DNA of 64,000 nt, from the NCBI GenBank assembly GCA_951406725.2, contig OX597816.1, positions 97,464,001 to 97,528,000 on the forward strand. Direction: 5' to 3'. The stretch is from Octopus vulgaris. Taxonomy: Eukaryota. A program made the translations under genes and the position numbers. Below, one piece after another: positions 12,955-25,725 of this stretch. Within the stretch, counting starts at the first letter, position 1, and each line of letters starts with the position of its first letter. Below the pieces are notes generated by a model that had not been told where the DNA came from, did no database searches, and was given only the letters and a program-made list of their open reading frames with translations.

Positions 12955-13612
12955 TATCTGGTGGACGCGTCTGAAAGGATTGGAGACAAACACTTTCCTC
13001 TCTGGTCAATTTTTCATCAACTTCTTCAAGTACCACTTGAAAAGGAAAGTGAGAGTAGAGAGGCAAGTTTTGTCTAGCGAATGTTTTAAAAAAAGATGGG
13101 TGAATGTACAAGGATGGCACGTATGAATGACGAAGCCACCTTGAGCATAATCCTATGAACCCAGAAATTGAAAACAGAGGGTTACCCACTAGCAAACAAA
13201 TGTGGTAACATATATCAATATTGACCAAGGTTACCGTGGTCTTTTTCGTAGGCTTTTCTGCCCACGGATAAACCTTACTTGCTTTCCCCTTTACACCATA
13301 TATCATAACACTGTGATACACGATCCCTATTGATCGTTTTTTTGCCTCTTCCCCCTTTTTTCCCCTTTTTCTTCTTTTTTCATTTCTCTTTCCTTTTGTT
13401 CCTTTTCCTTTTCTTTTTTTTCTTTTTATTCCTTTTATTTTATTCAAATTTTTTTTTGTTCTTTCCTTCCCTTTTACGATCCCTCTTGATCGAAAACCTA
13501 CGCCACCCCTTTTTTTTTCTTTTGTTTTTTGTTCTCTTCATCCCCCAAAAGAAAAGCTCTACCTTGTAACTTGTCCCATCTGTGTGCAGCCCTGTGTGGC
13601 CAATAAAGAAAC
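12955..13612 (+). mobile_element. Second, shorter 3' fragment of the same Tx1/L1 family
   Basis: Near-identical to about 12342-12546 in the coding tail, with a diverged 3'UTR. Same CCCTGTGTGGC.AATAAAGAAAC end followed by (TATC)n. Confidence 0.9.
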
Positions 13613-13734
<122 letters not shown>

Positions 13735-13786
13735 AATTGCCTTCCTGTCTGATTGTCTACCTCTCTTTATATATTTGTCTCTTTCT

Positions 13787-13862
<76 letters not shown>

Positions 13863-14436
13863 TTATCTACCTATCTATAAAATAGTGAATATATATTTCG
13901 TCAAGATAATTCGTGTGAAAATGTCAATGCTTTCAATTCTCAATAGACTTCCAATTATTTATTTGCTTCTTTTTTAATATATAGGTTAGAAAATTTGTTT
14001 AAATTAAATACGCTGATATCAAATTATCATTGAAACATAAAGCTAAACAAATAATGTATTCATTGTTTGAGGATTATATTTATTGAAAGATAGAACTCTC
14101 CACAGACGTTTCAATGACTCTTAGATTATTTTACATTGCAAATATTTTGCAAACAAGAAGCTGAGATTTCATTTTAGAGTGTATAAGATAAAGAATTTAC
14201 GATAAATCCCCTGAGCATTGCACAGATACCGCTTCGATTATACAATCGCATTAATTTCCAAGATGCACGAGCAAACATAACTCTAGGCATTATGTATGGG
14301 CGTTGCACACTTGTCTTCACACTAAAGAGTTTAAAAACTCAAAAATATCTCGGAAGCAAAATTTCTCAATTCTTTTTATACATTTATCAAAAGAGAACTA
14401 TTTTACTAAAACATATAATATTAAAGTGAGATGTTG

Positions 14437-14567
14437 GCACAAGGCCAGCAATTTCGGGAGAGGGGATAAGTCGATCATATCGTCCCTCTTGCTCGAATGG
14501 TACTTATTTTATCGACCCCGAAATGAGAGAAGGCAGAGTCAACCTCAGCGGAATTTGAACTTAGAAC
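14437..14567 (-). mobile_element. SINE fragment with conserved central domain
   Basis: Reverse-complement similarity to 15720-15830 (GTTCAAATTCC..GAGGT.GAC..GCCTT...GGGGTCGATAAAATAAGTACCA). Confidence 0.65.
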
Positions 14568-14707
14568 GTTTTTATGCTTGGACAGTAACGGTTATGCGAG
14601 CTCGCCACCTCACTAGGACACATGATATTATTGTTTCCGAGTTGATTACATAGATGCATACCTACCTACATTTGTATATGTATATTATTAAATATATATA
14701 TATATAT

Positions 14708-14915
14708 ATTCTTTCACTTGCTCCAGTCAATTGATTTCAACTAAACTGGAGTGCCGCCTTGAGGTGTTTTAGCCGAAAACATCGCCCTCCAGACTTTTCT
14801 TTTAAGCCTAGCATTTATTCTGTCGGTTTTTTTTTTATGAACTGCTAATTACGGGGACATATACACATCAACACTGGTTGTCATGCGGTGATGGGAGGAA
14901 AAACAGACTCAAAAC
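14708..14915 (-). mobile_element. SINE 3' half (same family as 38809-39233)
   Basis: Similar to 38815-39010 (CTTGTTTCAGTCA...AAGCCTAG.A.TTATTCT.TC..ACGGGGAC.TA.ACAC..CAAC). Confidence 0.65.
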
Positions 14916-14933
14916 ACATACACACACAAATAC

Positions 14934-14984
<51 letters not shown>

Positions 14985-15104
14985 CTTTTGATATAATTTA
15001 AATTCATTAATTTTATCTTTTGATATAATTTAAATTAATTAATTTTATGTATTGGCTTAAGTTTTTCATTGTTTGATTTGCCTAATAGTGGTTTTATCTC
15101 TAAT

Positions 15105-15154
<50 letters not shown>

Positions 15155-15234
15155 GGTATGGAAAAATACAACATGGACAAGAACGTATAACTCTTAGAAG
15201 ACGACACAATAAACACGGACAGGACATTCGAAAA

Positions 15235-15290
15235 TCAGTCAAGAACCGGATCATCGTAGTAATTTCGGCTGATTAATCTTGAGATTACTA
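15235..15290 (-). ncRNA. Nested/permuted hammerhead-like motif (second sequence family, core truncated after CUGA)
   Basis: Minus strand: TAGTAAT-C-TCAAGA-TTAATCAGCC-GAAATTACTA-12 nt-TCTTGA-CTGA. Stem III is 7 bp, stem I 6 bp, triplet AUC. Confidence 0.5.
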
Positions 15291-15455
15291 GATATCAAGA
15301 AAAACAAGCAACGAGCATTAGAAAAACTAAGCTGGAAGCGTAGATTTCCTGGAAGAAGGATCGAATGCATACGAACACCAGGACAGCAAAAGGGACAGAT
15401 AAAAAAACAAAAAACAATAATGGAATACAGAAACATGAAATACAGAAGCATTAAC

Positions 15456-15549
<94 letters not shown>

Positions 15550-15657
15550 GCTGAGCTTCTTTCATCATTCCGTCAACCAAATACACACATAGGGCGTCGG
15601 CCTGACGATATAGAAGTGAGACTGAAGTGTTTAGGAAGCAAGCTTCATATCACTATA

Positions 15658-15887
15658 AGGCGGAAAGGTGGCAGAAGCGTCAGCATGCCGGTAGAAATGC
15701 TTAGCCGTATTTCGTCTGCCGTTATGTTCTGAGTTCAAATTCCACCGAGGTTGAACTTGCCTTTCATCATATTGGGGTGGATAAATTAAGTACCAGTTAC
15801 GCACTGGTTTCGATGTAATCGACTTAACCCCTTTGTCTGTCATTGTTTGTCTCCTATATGTTTAGCCCCTTGTAGGCAATAAAAAAG
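15658..15887 (+). mobile_element. SINE with Pol III B-box and conserved central domain
   Basis: TGGCAGAAGCG A-box-like, GAGTTCAAATTCC B-box, GCCTTTCATC..TTGGGGT.GATAAATTAAGTACCAG core, AATAAAAAAG tail. Related copies at 14437 and 42186. Confidence 0.75.
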
Positions 15888-15959
15888 TATATATCTATAT
15901 GTATGTATGTGTGTGTGTGTGCGTGTGTGTATGTGTGTGTGTTTGAGTGTGTGTATGTG

Positions 15960-16165
15960 TCTTTGTGTCAGTGTTTGTCTACCCCTCTACGCTTACCAAC
16001 CGGTGCTGTTGTTTTCTCGTCCGCGTAAGTTAACGGTCCGACTAAAGAGACGGATATAATAAGTACCAGGCCTTCAAAAATGTACTGGGATCGATTCTTG
16101 TGACTAAAATTCGTCATCGCTGTGCAGCAGTCGAATGTCTGAAACAAATAAAAGGCAAAAGATAA
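15960..16165 (+). mobile_element. SINE 3' half (same family as 38809-39233)
   Basis: Reverse-complement similarity to 38810-39010. Ends TGTCTGAAACAAATAAAAG. Confidence 0.6.
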
Positions 16166-17164
16166 ATATATACATACATACATAATGCATACATATACCG
16201 TCACGCATACACACACACACGCGCATATATTCACAGATTCAGTTCGAATCAGAGCATTAAAACGTTGTAAATCTTCATCTAGAGTACATGTGTACAGTTG
16301 ACCGGAGTATCTTACCATCATCACTAATACAGCGTTGTTTACTCATAATCACAAAACAAGCATCGGAAAATTGAATTTTCTCCTCCCTAAACCTCAGAAG
16401 TGCAGACAAGGCAGGTTTTTTTAACTCGTGCTAAAATGGTTATCCTAATCCTCATATCTAGCTCTGATCTATGAAAATAAAAATACTACTTTCACGGTGC
16501 ATTTCCTTCCAAAGCCTACCTATAAATATATGGTCTATTTGAGATCTATAGCTATATCTAAACTGATACGTGCAAATTTCACTGGTATTGTCCTCTTATA
16601 TACGTTCTTTCTATCAACAATCTCTGCACTAATGAACTCCGCGCTAAACATTTTAACAGACTTCCTTTCTACGTATTCAACCATACTACACCTATCTCTG
16701 TCTTTCTCTCATTTTCTGTCTCTCTTTCTGTCTCTCTCTTTCTCTTTTCTCCTCTCTTACTCTTTCGTTCTCTCTTACTCCTACTCTTTCTCTCTCTATC
16801 TCGCTCTTTCCCCCTCTTGCCTGCTCTTCATTCAAACATCAATGTATTGTGGTTTGAAATAATACATTGGCGTGTGACTTTCGATCATTAATCACAACAC
16901 ACTGAGATTTTTCTGTATTAAGAAAGAGGCCAACTATGGTTGTGGCATTAGCAATGATACTCATCCACATACACAACACACACGCGCACGCACACACACA
17001 CATACACACTCACACACACACATACACACACACTCACACATGATAGGTAGATAGATTGATACATACCTACAGTATATGTATATATATATATATAAACGTA
17101 TGTGTATATATAATATGCCTATATATTTCTACATACATAATACATACATACATACATACATACA

Positions 17165-17240
<76 letters not shown>

Positions 17241-20200
17241 TAAATATATTCAAAGTTTTATCGGTATATTTTCACAAAAAAGAAACTTCGACGCTTTCTC
17301 ATGAATATCTCTGATCTCATTTATGCGTGTATAAGTATAAACTCTTGATGTCTTTACTGCTAACCTAATGATACTCTACCAAGGACAATGTTAAATTATA
17401 TAATCAAACTGTTGAATGAATGAGATGGCGCCATATAGAAAACGGAATAAAGTTGTATTCAATTCACGTTTGAACAGCTTAATTATCAGTGTTAACTTCT
17501 GCTAGATTTGATTTAAGATTACAGTTGCTTTCTTGACTATAATACGCACCTCTCATCAAATATTGATAACGAGCTCTCAACTAGCATGACTGGACACATT
17601 GGTTTCCTATCATGTTATTATTCATGGCAGATAACATGAACATAATTGCAGTCCTGCTAGGGAATAAAGCTCACATCTACCATACTTTAATATCAGACAT
17701 CAATTTATTTCTAAAGCGAATGATCTTTATCACTCCATCATTATTTAAATATAACCCTTTTTGTAATGTCTCGATCAATTTCCTAAGATGTTAAAATTTA
17801 TAAAATAAAACTTTAATTCCAAGGGAACTCATATAATACTAAGATCCCTTTCAGAAAAGAGAGCTATGTAATACTTTTCCATTACTAATAGTAGCTCCTG
17901 GGTATAGTTTGTGCAATAAAACTTTAATTCCTAATTGAAACCATTAACGGTTATGTTATTACATAACAACAGAAAACAGATAGCGACTACCATAATTTCC
18001 TTCTATCCATTTTCGATATCAAACTACTGTTAGGATAAATAATTCTCATTTACATAATCTCTGTATGTAATAACATATTGCATGTAATCTCATTTCGGAT
18101 TTCATATATCTTATAGTTGGAATTATCTATTTGCAAGGGTACGCATTGGATCTCATGAATCCTCACAAGGTTAATAAAACTTTGAATTAATTGCATATGG
18201 TGATTTCTGTTAGTTTCCTCGTCATCCAATATACTGAACAATGCTGCTGCCGACTCACAATACACAGTTAGTGTCAAAAACATTAGAAGTTGTAATCTTG
18301 TTCAAACATCAGAGATCAGCAGAGAATTAAATCAAATCAGATACTGACATGTGAATACAATATTTGCAAGTAATTCTTTTATAGCTATTGTTAATATTTA
18401 GTTTCAGCTCTAACCGATAAATCTTATGATCAGAGACCTTCCTGATTACTCCGTTTCATTTTTCAGGGATAATATACGTTTGATTACGTAATGTAACGTG
18501 CAGTTCTTTTGTGAAGAACAGTAGGGCGAGTTTTGACTGGAATTTGAGTGCTACATCTAAAGACCTCTTCGTGTGAGTCGAAATCCTTATACTTTGATAC
18601 GGTTGATGTCTTCCAATTAAATTAACTTCTTCCAGTTCTAGGCTGGAAAAATACTAATTTACAGAGCAGGGCTTAAATGTAATTTAAAAAGATCCTCGCA
18701 ACAGGATAATTAATATTTGCTGGTGCCAGAATATTCTGGATACGACCGAACCTGGATACGTAGCGTATACTACCTGACAGGGTTATTATTTAGTAGTTTA
18801 AAATTTTCAGTTGTGATTTTCTTGAAAGTAACTTAACCGAGTGGAAGCATGAGATTCTGCTGGACAAGAGACATAGCCATAATTAAATGCAATTATTAAT
18901 TCATGGGAACCACATCACTGAGAACATACCACGTATCTCATATATTCAGAGATGTTTGACAATCCCTGTTATTTGAACGAGTGCTAAAAATTGTTTTTCT
19001 GCTCTCATTTGATTTCCTACAAATAACAGCCTAGATCCCCCCCGCATCACACCATAACGTCACAAATGATAGTGTAAGCCAAAGTAAATAGTGTTTACTG
19101 TGTCTGAGGCATACATGTTGCGTCCGAAAAATGAGGCGAACGTTGGAAAATAAACACTGTGTGTGGAAAATGAAATAAACATGATTAGAGACACTCTGTT
19201 CCTAAGTTTTCTTAGTCAAGTTTATCTGGGGCAATGTAACCACATTCTGAAACATTGCAATTCATCAGAATCAATCCTGACGATATGCGAAGAGTCCGAC
19301 AAGCTATCATATACTTTGACTTGGAGTATTAGCCCATTATATTCTATATCGTGAACGCTTCCTAATCTCATATTGGACAAAATAGTTCTGTGATGTGTAG
19401 ACAGAAATGTCTTATTTAACGCCTAAAAATATATGATCCATCAGCAACTGATTTACGTCTTTATTCGGAATTTACGTAATCAAAAATTGTAAAATATAAG
19501 TTATCATGACTATGAAATATTAGAAATTGAAAGACTAACTCGGCTTGATTTCCCATTCTCTTCCTTCCATATATTAAATTATTAAATGTAGAAATTTGGA
19601 GTAGATTTAATATATCGTTAATTTCAATGAAACCATTTTGCTTTTATATGACAACAACAGTTTTCGCTCTCTTGCTGCACCTTAATGAGTTCCAAAGTTT
19701 TCCGGGTAGGCTATTATGGTTTCTGTTATATATCCTTTAAGCATGGCAACATTTTTTTTTTCATATAATTCAAAATGCCGGGAAGATTCGCAGAAATCAT
19801 TGTCTTCGATTTAGTAATCGGTTTTTGTTTAACCAATAATTTCAAATCAATCTTTGAAATGATTTAAGACTATTTTTGTAGGGATGACGACAGAATTAGT
19901 TCAAATATCAAGTATTTCTGGGAAATCGGACAATTTTAAAAAAATTCTCACTTTTATTTATGTTTCTGTTTAACATGTGTTAGAAGTGTACGAATGTTAA
20001 ATTTTGTCTATAATTTTATAATTTTTATAAGTTTTAAACAGTTTTATTTTCACTCCTGCAATCATTGTCTCAAACTCAGTATGGTAGCAGTTGTTTAAGT
20101 GAACGCATTCACTTAACAGTGTAACAGATAACTCCGAAAATGCTTCAAGACGTGTTTCGCAACACCAAGGATAGATTTGAAATTTGCAGAGATAGAGACG

Positions 20201-21112
20201 GAGTACTTGTTGGAAATGTTTAATAAAGTTTTGACATGAGATTTATAAATCTATTTCTTTCTGTATCATAATTACGTAATAAACATAAAATTCTGTCAGT
20301 TTCTTTAAACTTTTCCTGATTCCATTGAAATATATAGCTAATTCTGGAACACTCTGTATAAGGAAGTCTGAGCTATGAAATTATACGTAGTGAAATGTCA
20401 AAGCATAATGCAAAATGACTTACATCCTAGTACCAGTATATGACGAGTGTATAAAAATGTCAAACTAAATTATAACTGATATGTTTAAATTTGTTAACTC
20501 GAAAAGTTACTATGTTGGTGTATTTTTTTCACATAACAACAATATGTGCCAATTGAATAAATACTTGTCACATATTAGAACGAAGCTTATACAGCAAAAG
20601 ATAGGAATTTCTTTTTTTTCTTCTGTTTCTAATAAAGTTACAATGTCTGATCTTCGAGTAATCAAAATATACTGTTTTGGTGAGCACGAAAATTTAAATG
20701 CTTTTAGAAGCGTAATAGACATTAAATGATTTTTTCTTTTGTTATTGAGACACTTGTGAACTACAGCAACTTTTATAGGTTAAAAGAATTTCTCAAATAT
20801 AGAATTCATAAACGAAAGAATAACAAAGTTGTTATAAAGTAGTTTTTCACTTACACAAACAAAATTCACTACTTCAACGGAAGTCTGAAGGGTGAGGTAA
20901 GGCTAGTTAGGCGTAGAAAATACCATAACATACATATGTTATAGGTTTTGAATTATTAGAGCGGAATCCTTGCTAATTCTTGCTTCCAGAGTGTAAAATA
21001 ATACCCATAAAGGATCTCCCTCACCACAATTCTCGTTGATCTATCTTATGCATTCCCTCTGTCTCTCTGTCACTGTTTCTCCCATATATTATAACTAACG
21101 TGGATTGTTTTG

Positions 21113-21137
21113 AATAATAATAATAATAATAATGATG

Positions 21138-21207
<70 letters not shown>
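21113..21207. repeat. (TAA)n microsatellite
   Basis: Direct reading. Confidence 0.95.
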
Positions 21208-21209
<2 letters not shown>

Positions 21210-21626
21210 TCGTTGCAATGGAAGAAAGGTTCCACAAAATATCTTTTCCAAATGTTCTTTTAAGGCAAAGTAACTAAAAAGTCCGAACTATTATTGCCAT
21301 ATATAGTATGGTTTTCTTTTATGCGTAATATTTCCATGTGACATGCATAAGAAATAGAAGCGAACATCAGAGCTCTTGAAAGACAGTAAGTACATAAATT
21401 GATTAATTAATTAATGAATTAAATAAGTATACATGCAACTGTTTATGCATACACGTACACATTTTAATTATAAAGCATAAATAATGCTTACACGCGCTCA
21501 CACGTACACACAGAAAGAAAAACCACGTTACGCGGACGAAAACAAAACAAAAACAAAGCGATTTTTCACGAACAAACGCAAAAGAGAGCAAATTGGTCAC
21601 TGAATTTAGAAAGTCGCTGAACAGTT

Positions 21627-24600
21627 ATGCCCGGAAACATGTCTACCAAAAGAAATAGAGGCGAATTTCGATCTGTAAGTCTTATGCGAGTTCGATTTGA
21701 ACAATATATTAATTCGGAGAATTCAGAAGCGGTGTCTTGTCAAAAAATTGACCCTGTACAAACAGTCCCTTCTTCTAACGTCACTATCACAGATGCGGCG
21801 TCTTGTCAAAAAGTTGACTCTGAAAAAATGGACCCCTCTGATGTCGCTGTCAATCATTTAATGGAAACAAGCCAAAAATCATGCCGGATCGGTCATCGCC
21901 CGGGACAACAAGGACCGCGTTACCCAGTAGGGAACCAGACTGGGGTCGAAAAGTTTGCTGCTGGAACAAACTCTCAAAAAGACGATCTACCAGGTTACCA
22001 GAACCAGAATACTTCTAACTCTGGACTTGTAGTGACACCACCAAAAACACCACCTAAAGCAAAACGTATAAAATGGACCAGAGAGGACTATAGAGATGTG
22101 TTGAAAGCTTTTTATACAGCCCAACTAAACCCAAACAATAACCTCAGTGTACAAACATACATCTCATGGAGAAATCCAGTAGGCAATGACGTACGTAGAT
22201 ATATAGACGCAAATAAATTAAGTAATGTACGCAGAGATATAATTAAAAACAAAAGACTAACTGACGCTGAAATTGACAAAATTAGGACACTAATAGCTCA
22301 TGGTAGACCAAAAGAAAACAGCAACAATGTAGACGAAATAGGTAACAGTAGCATAGAAGCCAGTGTACAAGCGGCAAATCAACTTCCCAATGGGGAAGTT
22401 AAACAAAGAATAGCGAAGACGAGAGATTTGAAAAAAGAGGAGAACGTAGACCTTCCTCAAGAAAACCAAAATAGATATGACATAGAATTTGAGGTGAATA
22501 ATAGAGAAAAGATTATGGAAGCAAAAGTGGACATTATGAGAGAACTCGGCAAGATTGAGCTCACTGACATGGTTAATAGAGAACCGCTACCAAAGTTTTC
22601 AAATGGCACAAGAAATAACAACACAATCATGACATATAACGTTGCCCTAGGACAGATCTTAAGAAATAAGGGGAATGATCTGACAACCTTAAATAATCTC
22701 ATCTATTCCACTGCTAAAGTAGTAACTACCCAACTAGGTATTAAGATGACAAAGAAAAAGGCCAGGCATGTCAATGAACCTCCTAAGTGGAAAGTAGCGA
22801 TACAAAAAGAGATTGAATCTCTGCGGGCGGATGTTTCAGTTCTCGATGAGCTTGCTAGAGGAGTGAATATTAAGTCGAGAAAAGCTAGAAAAATCAAGCA
22901 AAAATATAAAATCAAAGATCTCATAAACCTCCCTGCAACTAAGGAACTGTTGAAACAACGGATACAGTTGAAAGCCCAACGGCTTAGAAGGTATGACAAA
23001 AGAAACAAATTTTATCGACAAAATAAATTTTTTAAGATAGATGCAAAGAAATTTTATAGGGAAATTGGCAAAAATAAAATACACATAGAAGATCCACCTA
23101 AGATTGAGGAAGTGGAGGAGTTCTGGAAGAAGGTATGGAGCAACGAAAAAGAGTTTAATGCTGAGGCTGACTGGATAGAACGTGAGAAAGAGAGACTGGA
23201 TGAACTTGAAGAACAGAAATGGGAAGCAATAGGAATAGAGGAGCTAAGGTGTGTCCTTAGGAAGGCTCATAAATGGAAAACCCCAGGACTGGATCGAATC
23301 CCTAACTTCTGGCTGAATTGTTTGACAGAGGTACACGAAAATCTCGCTGTATCTCTGTCTGATGTCATTCAGAACCCAGAGCAAATACCTGCTTGGCTGA
23401 CTGAAGGAACCACCTACCTATTACCTAAAACCGAAGACACAAAAAACCCAAAGAATTACCGGCCAATAACATGTCTCAACACCACCTACAAAATCCTCAC
23501 ATCCATAATAACGGAGAGAATGTACGCTTTCCTTGAACAAAACTCTATCCTTCCCCAAGCTCAAAAAGGTTGTAAAAGAAACTCTTATGGGTGCAAAGAC
23601 CAATTGCTCATAAACAGAATGATTGTAGAGAATTGCCGGAGCAAAAACAAAAACCTGAGTATGGCATGGATAGACTACAGGGAAGCGTATGACAGTGTCC
23701 CACATAAATGGATACTCAAGGCCCTTGAGATATACAAGATCTCTCCTGTCGTCTCAAAATTCTTAGAGAATAACATGACCATGTGGAACACACGTCTCTT
23801 TCTAAGCCATAGTAATGGGATGAGCCAGTCCAACAGCATCAACATCAAACGAGGCATCTTTCAAGGTGACTCCCTCTCTCCATTACTTTTTTGCATGGCA
23901 CTGATCCCACTCTCAAACGAATTGGATAGTACCAGATATGGGTACAAAGTTTTTAGTAAGTTAATAAACCACCTTTTCTATATGGACGACCTAAAGCTGT
24001 TTGCCAGGAATGACCAAGAGCTAGAAGGGCTGCTAACAACTGTTAAAGAGTATAGCAATGATATCGGAATGGATTTTGGCCTTGATAAGTGTGCTAAAGC
24101 AACTTTTGTAAGAGGCAAGCTCAGGCAAACAGCTTCTGTTAAATTAGATATTGACACTACCATCAAGGAACTTGACCCACAAGAAAGTTACAAATACCTA
24201 GGAATCAACGAAGGAGATGGTATACATCATGCTACTATGAAGGAAAAAATAAGAAAGGAATACTATAGGAGAATAAGGCTTGTACTGAAGACTGAACACA
24301 ACTCCAAAAATTGCATTGAGGCCATTAGCACCCTGGCGCTTCCAGTCGTCCAGTACAGTTTTAACATCATTAACTGGAACCTTACGGAACTCCAACGCTT
24401 GGACAGGAAGACAAGAAAATTACTGACATCCAAGAGCATGCACCACCCTAAGGCAGATGTAGACCGCCTGTACCTACCTAGAAGCAGCGGGGGGAGAGGA
24501 ATGATGCAATTAAAGCTGTGCTATAAGACGTCTACTATAGGAATGAACAGGTACCTATCTAGTACAAAGGACTGGATGCTGCGACTTGTGTGCGAACACG

Positions 24601-24749
24601 AAAGTAGCAAAAAGCTGCATTCTATTGTCAAGGAAGCCTATAAGTTCGAAAGGGAACTAGACATTAACCTTGAATCAGATGAAGAGCCGGAAACCACTGC
24701 TACCAAGCAAGCAAAGCGAATCAAGCAGACTGCAAAAAAGAACGGGTAG
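21627..24749 (+). CDS. R4/Dong retrotransposon polyprotein, N-terminal and reverse transcriptase part (premature TAG at 24747)
   Basis: ORF track 1040 aa with complete RT motifs. The same frame continues after the stop as NQIERRWSQKPLHGQY. Confidence 0.9.
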   Translation: MPGNMSTKRNRGEFRSVSLMRVRFEQYINSENSEAVSCQKIDPVQTVPSSNVTITDAASCQKVDSEKMDPSDVAVNHLMETSQKSCRIGHRPGQQGPRYPVGNQTGVEKFAAGTNSQKDDLPGYQNQNTSNSGLVVTPPKTPPKAKRIKWTREDYRDVLKAFYTAQLNPNNNLSVQTYISWRNPVGNDVRRYIDANKLSNVRRDIIKNKRLTDAEIDKIRTLIAHGRPKENSNNVDEIGNSSIEASVQAANQLPNGEVKQRIAKTRDLKKEENVDLPQENQNRYDIEFEVNNREKIMEAKVDIMRELGKIELTDMVNREPLPKFSNGTRNNNTIMTYNVALGQILRNKGNDLTTLNNLIYSTAKVVTTQLGIKMTKKKARHVNEPPKWKVAIQKEIESLRADVSVLDELARGVNIKSRKARKIKQKYKIKDLINLPATKELLKQRIQLKAQRLRRYDKRNKFYRQNKFFKIDAKKFYREIGKNKIHIEDPPKIEEVEEFWKKVWSNEKEFNAEADWIEREKERLDELEEQKWEAIGIEELRCVLRKAHKWKTPGLDRIPNFWLNCLTEVHENLAVSLSDVIQNPEQIPAWLTEGTTYLLPKTEDTKNPKNYRPITCLNTTYKILTSIITERMYAFLEQNSILPQAQKGCKRNSYGCKDQLLINRMIVENCRSKNKNLSMAWIDYREAYDSVPHKWILKALEIYKISPVVSKFLENNMTMWNTRLFLSHSNGMSQSNSINIKRGIFQGDSLSPLLFCMALIPLSNELDSTRYGYKVFSKLINHLFYMDDLKLFARNDQELEGLLTTVKEYSNDIGMDFGLDKCAKATFVRGKLRQTASVKLDIDTTIKELDPQESYKYLGINEGDGIHHATMKEKIRKEYYRRIRLVLKTEHNSKNCIEAISTLALPVVQYSFNIINWNLTELQRLDRKTRKLLTSKSMHHPKADVDRLYLPRSSGGRGMMQLKLCYKTSTIGMNRYLSSTKDWMLRLVCEHESSKKLHSIVKEAYKFERELDINLESDEEPETTATKQAKRIKQTAKKNG

Positions 24750-25533
24750 AATCAAATTGAGAGGCGGTGGAGCCAGAAGCCCCTGCATGGACAATATATT
24801 CTCCGAAGCCAAAATACTGATGTAGACCAAGCAACAACCCATCAGTGGCTGAAGAGTTCTGGATTGAAAGCAGATACTGAAGGCTTCATAATGGCAGCAC
24901 AAGATCAAAGCTTGTTTACCAGAAATTACCAGGCTAACGTTCTCCGAAACGGTACTGACCCTAAATGCAGATTCTGCGACACATTTGACGAAACGATAGA
25001 CCATCTCGTTTCGGGATGTCCTGTGCTGACACCAAACGAATACAAAAATCGCCACGATAGGGTAGGACAGTATATAGATTGGAAGATATGTAAATACTAC
25101 AAATTCGACACTCCTGCCAACTGGTATGAACACCATCCTCAGCCAGTTGTTGAAGGTAAGGATGTCACCACCCTCTGGGATTTTCCAGTCAACACTGACA
25201 GAACGATCAAGGCTAATCGACCAGACATAATTGTTAAAGACAGGGAAGAAAATACCTGCAGACTAATAGAGATAAGCGTCCCCACTGATAAAAATGTATC
25301 TGTAAAGGAATTTGACAAACTTAGTAAGTATAAGGACCTGGAAATCGAAATACAAAAGATGTGGAATCTTTAAACAAAAACTGTTCCTGTTATTGTAGGT
25401 GCCCTAGGTATGATAAAAAAAGGGATGTCAGAAACACCTAGACAATATCCCTGGAGAACCATGTCTCAAGGAAATCCAAAAGATTGTGCTAACAAGTACT
25501 GCCCACATCCTTAGAAAAACCCTATCAATGTAA
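24750..25533 (+). pseudogene. R4/Dong C-terminal CCHC plus PD-(D/E)xK RLE domain, disrupted
   Basis: ORF 24864-25373 is in frame with the RT ORF. Stop TAA at 25371, then TKTVPVIVGALG, a frameshift in an A-run near 25415, and LTSTAHILRKTLSM* ending 25533. Confidence 0.88.
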
Positions 25534-25694
25534 ATGTTTGTGTTTGTATTACATGGAGATATTTCTCTACTTCCCCTCCCCAAGATTTCAGCTATATTTC
25601 AACAACTCTTAACCTTCACTTGCCCTAGGGCGCTGGGTGCGCCCCGGCAAGTGATTGCATCAAACATGCAGATTAAAAATAAATGACAATGATA

Positions 25695-25717
<23 letters not shown>

Positions 25718-25725
<8 letters not shown>

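Larger units (their letters stand above)
21627..25690 (+). mobile_element. Near full-length R4/Dong-clade non-LTR retrotransposon (RT plus restriction-like endonuclease)
   Basis: Single long frame with RT (KNYRPITCL, GIFQGDSLSP, YMDDLKLF), RLYLPRSSGGRG, CCHC (CRFC..ETIDHLVSGC), RHD, RPDIIV and KLSKY RLE motifs. 3'UTR hairpin at 25616-25654 and (TAA)n tail. The true 5' end is uncertain and may extend toward 21208. Confidence 0.93.

Noticed and set aside
12896-13569. 183-aa Lys/Arg-rich minus ORF and Phe-rich plus ORF
   Set aside because: Read-through of the T-rich LINE 3'UTR and the antisense of ORF2.
19660-20360. Possible decayed Tc1-like element ending TTCTGGAACACTCTGTA
   Set aside because: Only a TIR-like end, with no partner TIR or transposase motif found.
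22457-25136. Antisense ORFs within the Dong element
   Set aside because: Shadow frames of the long plus-strand ORF, with no motifs.
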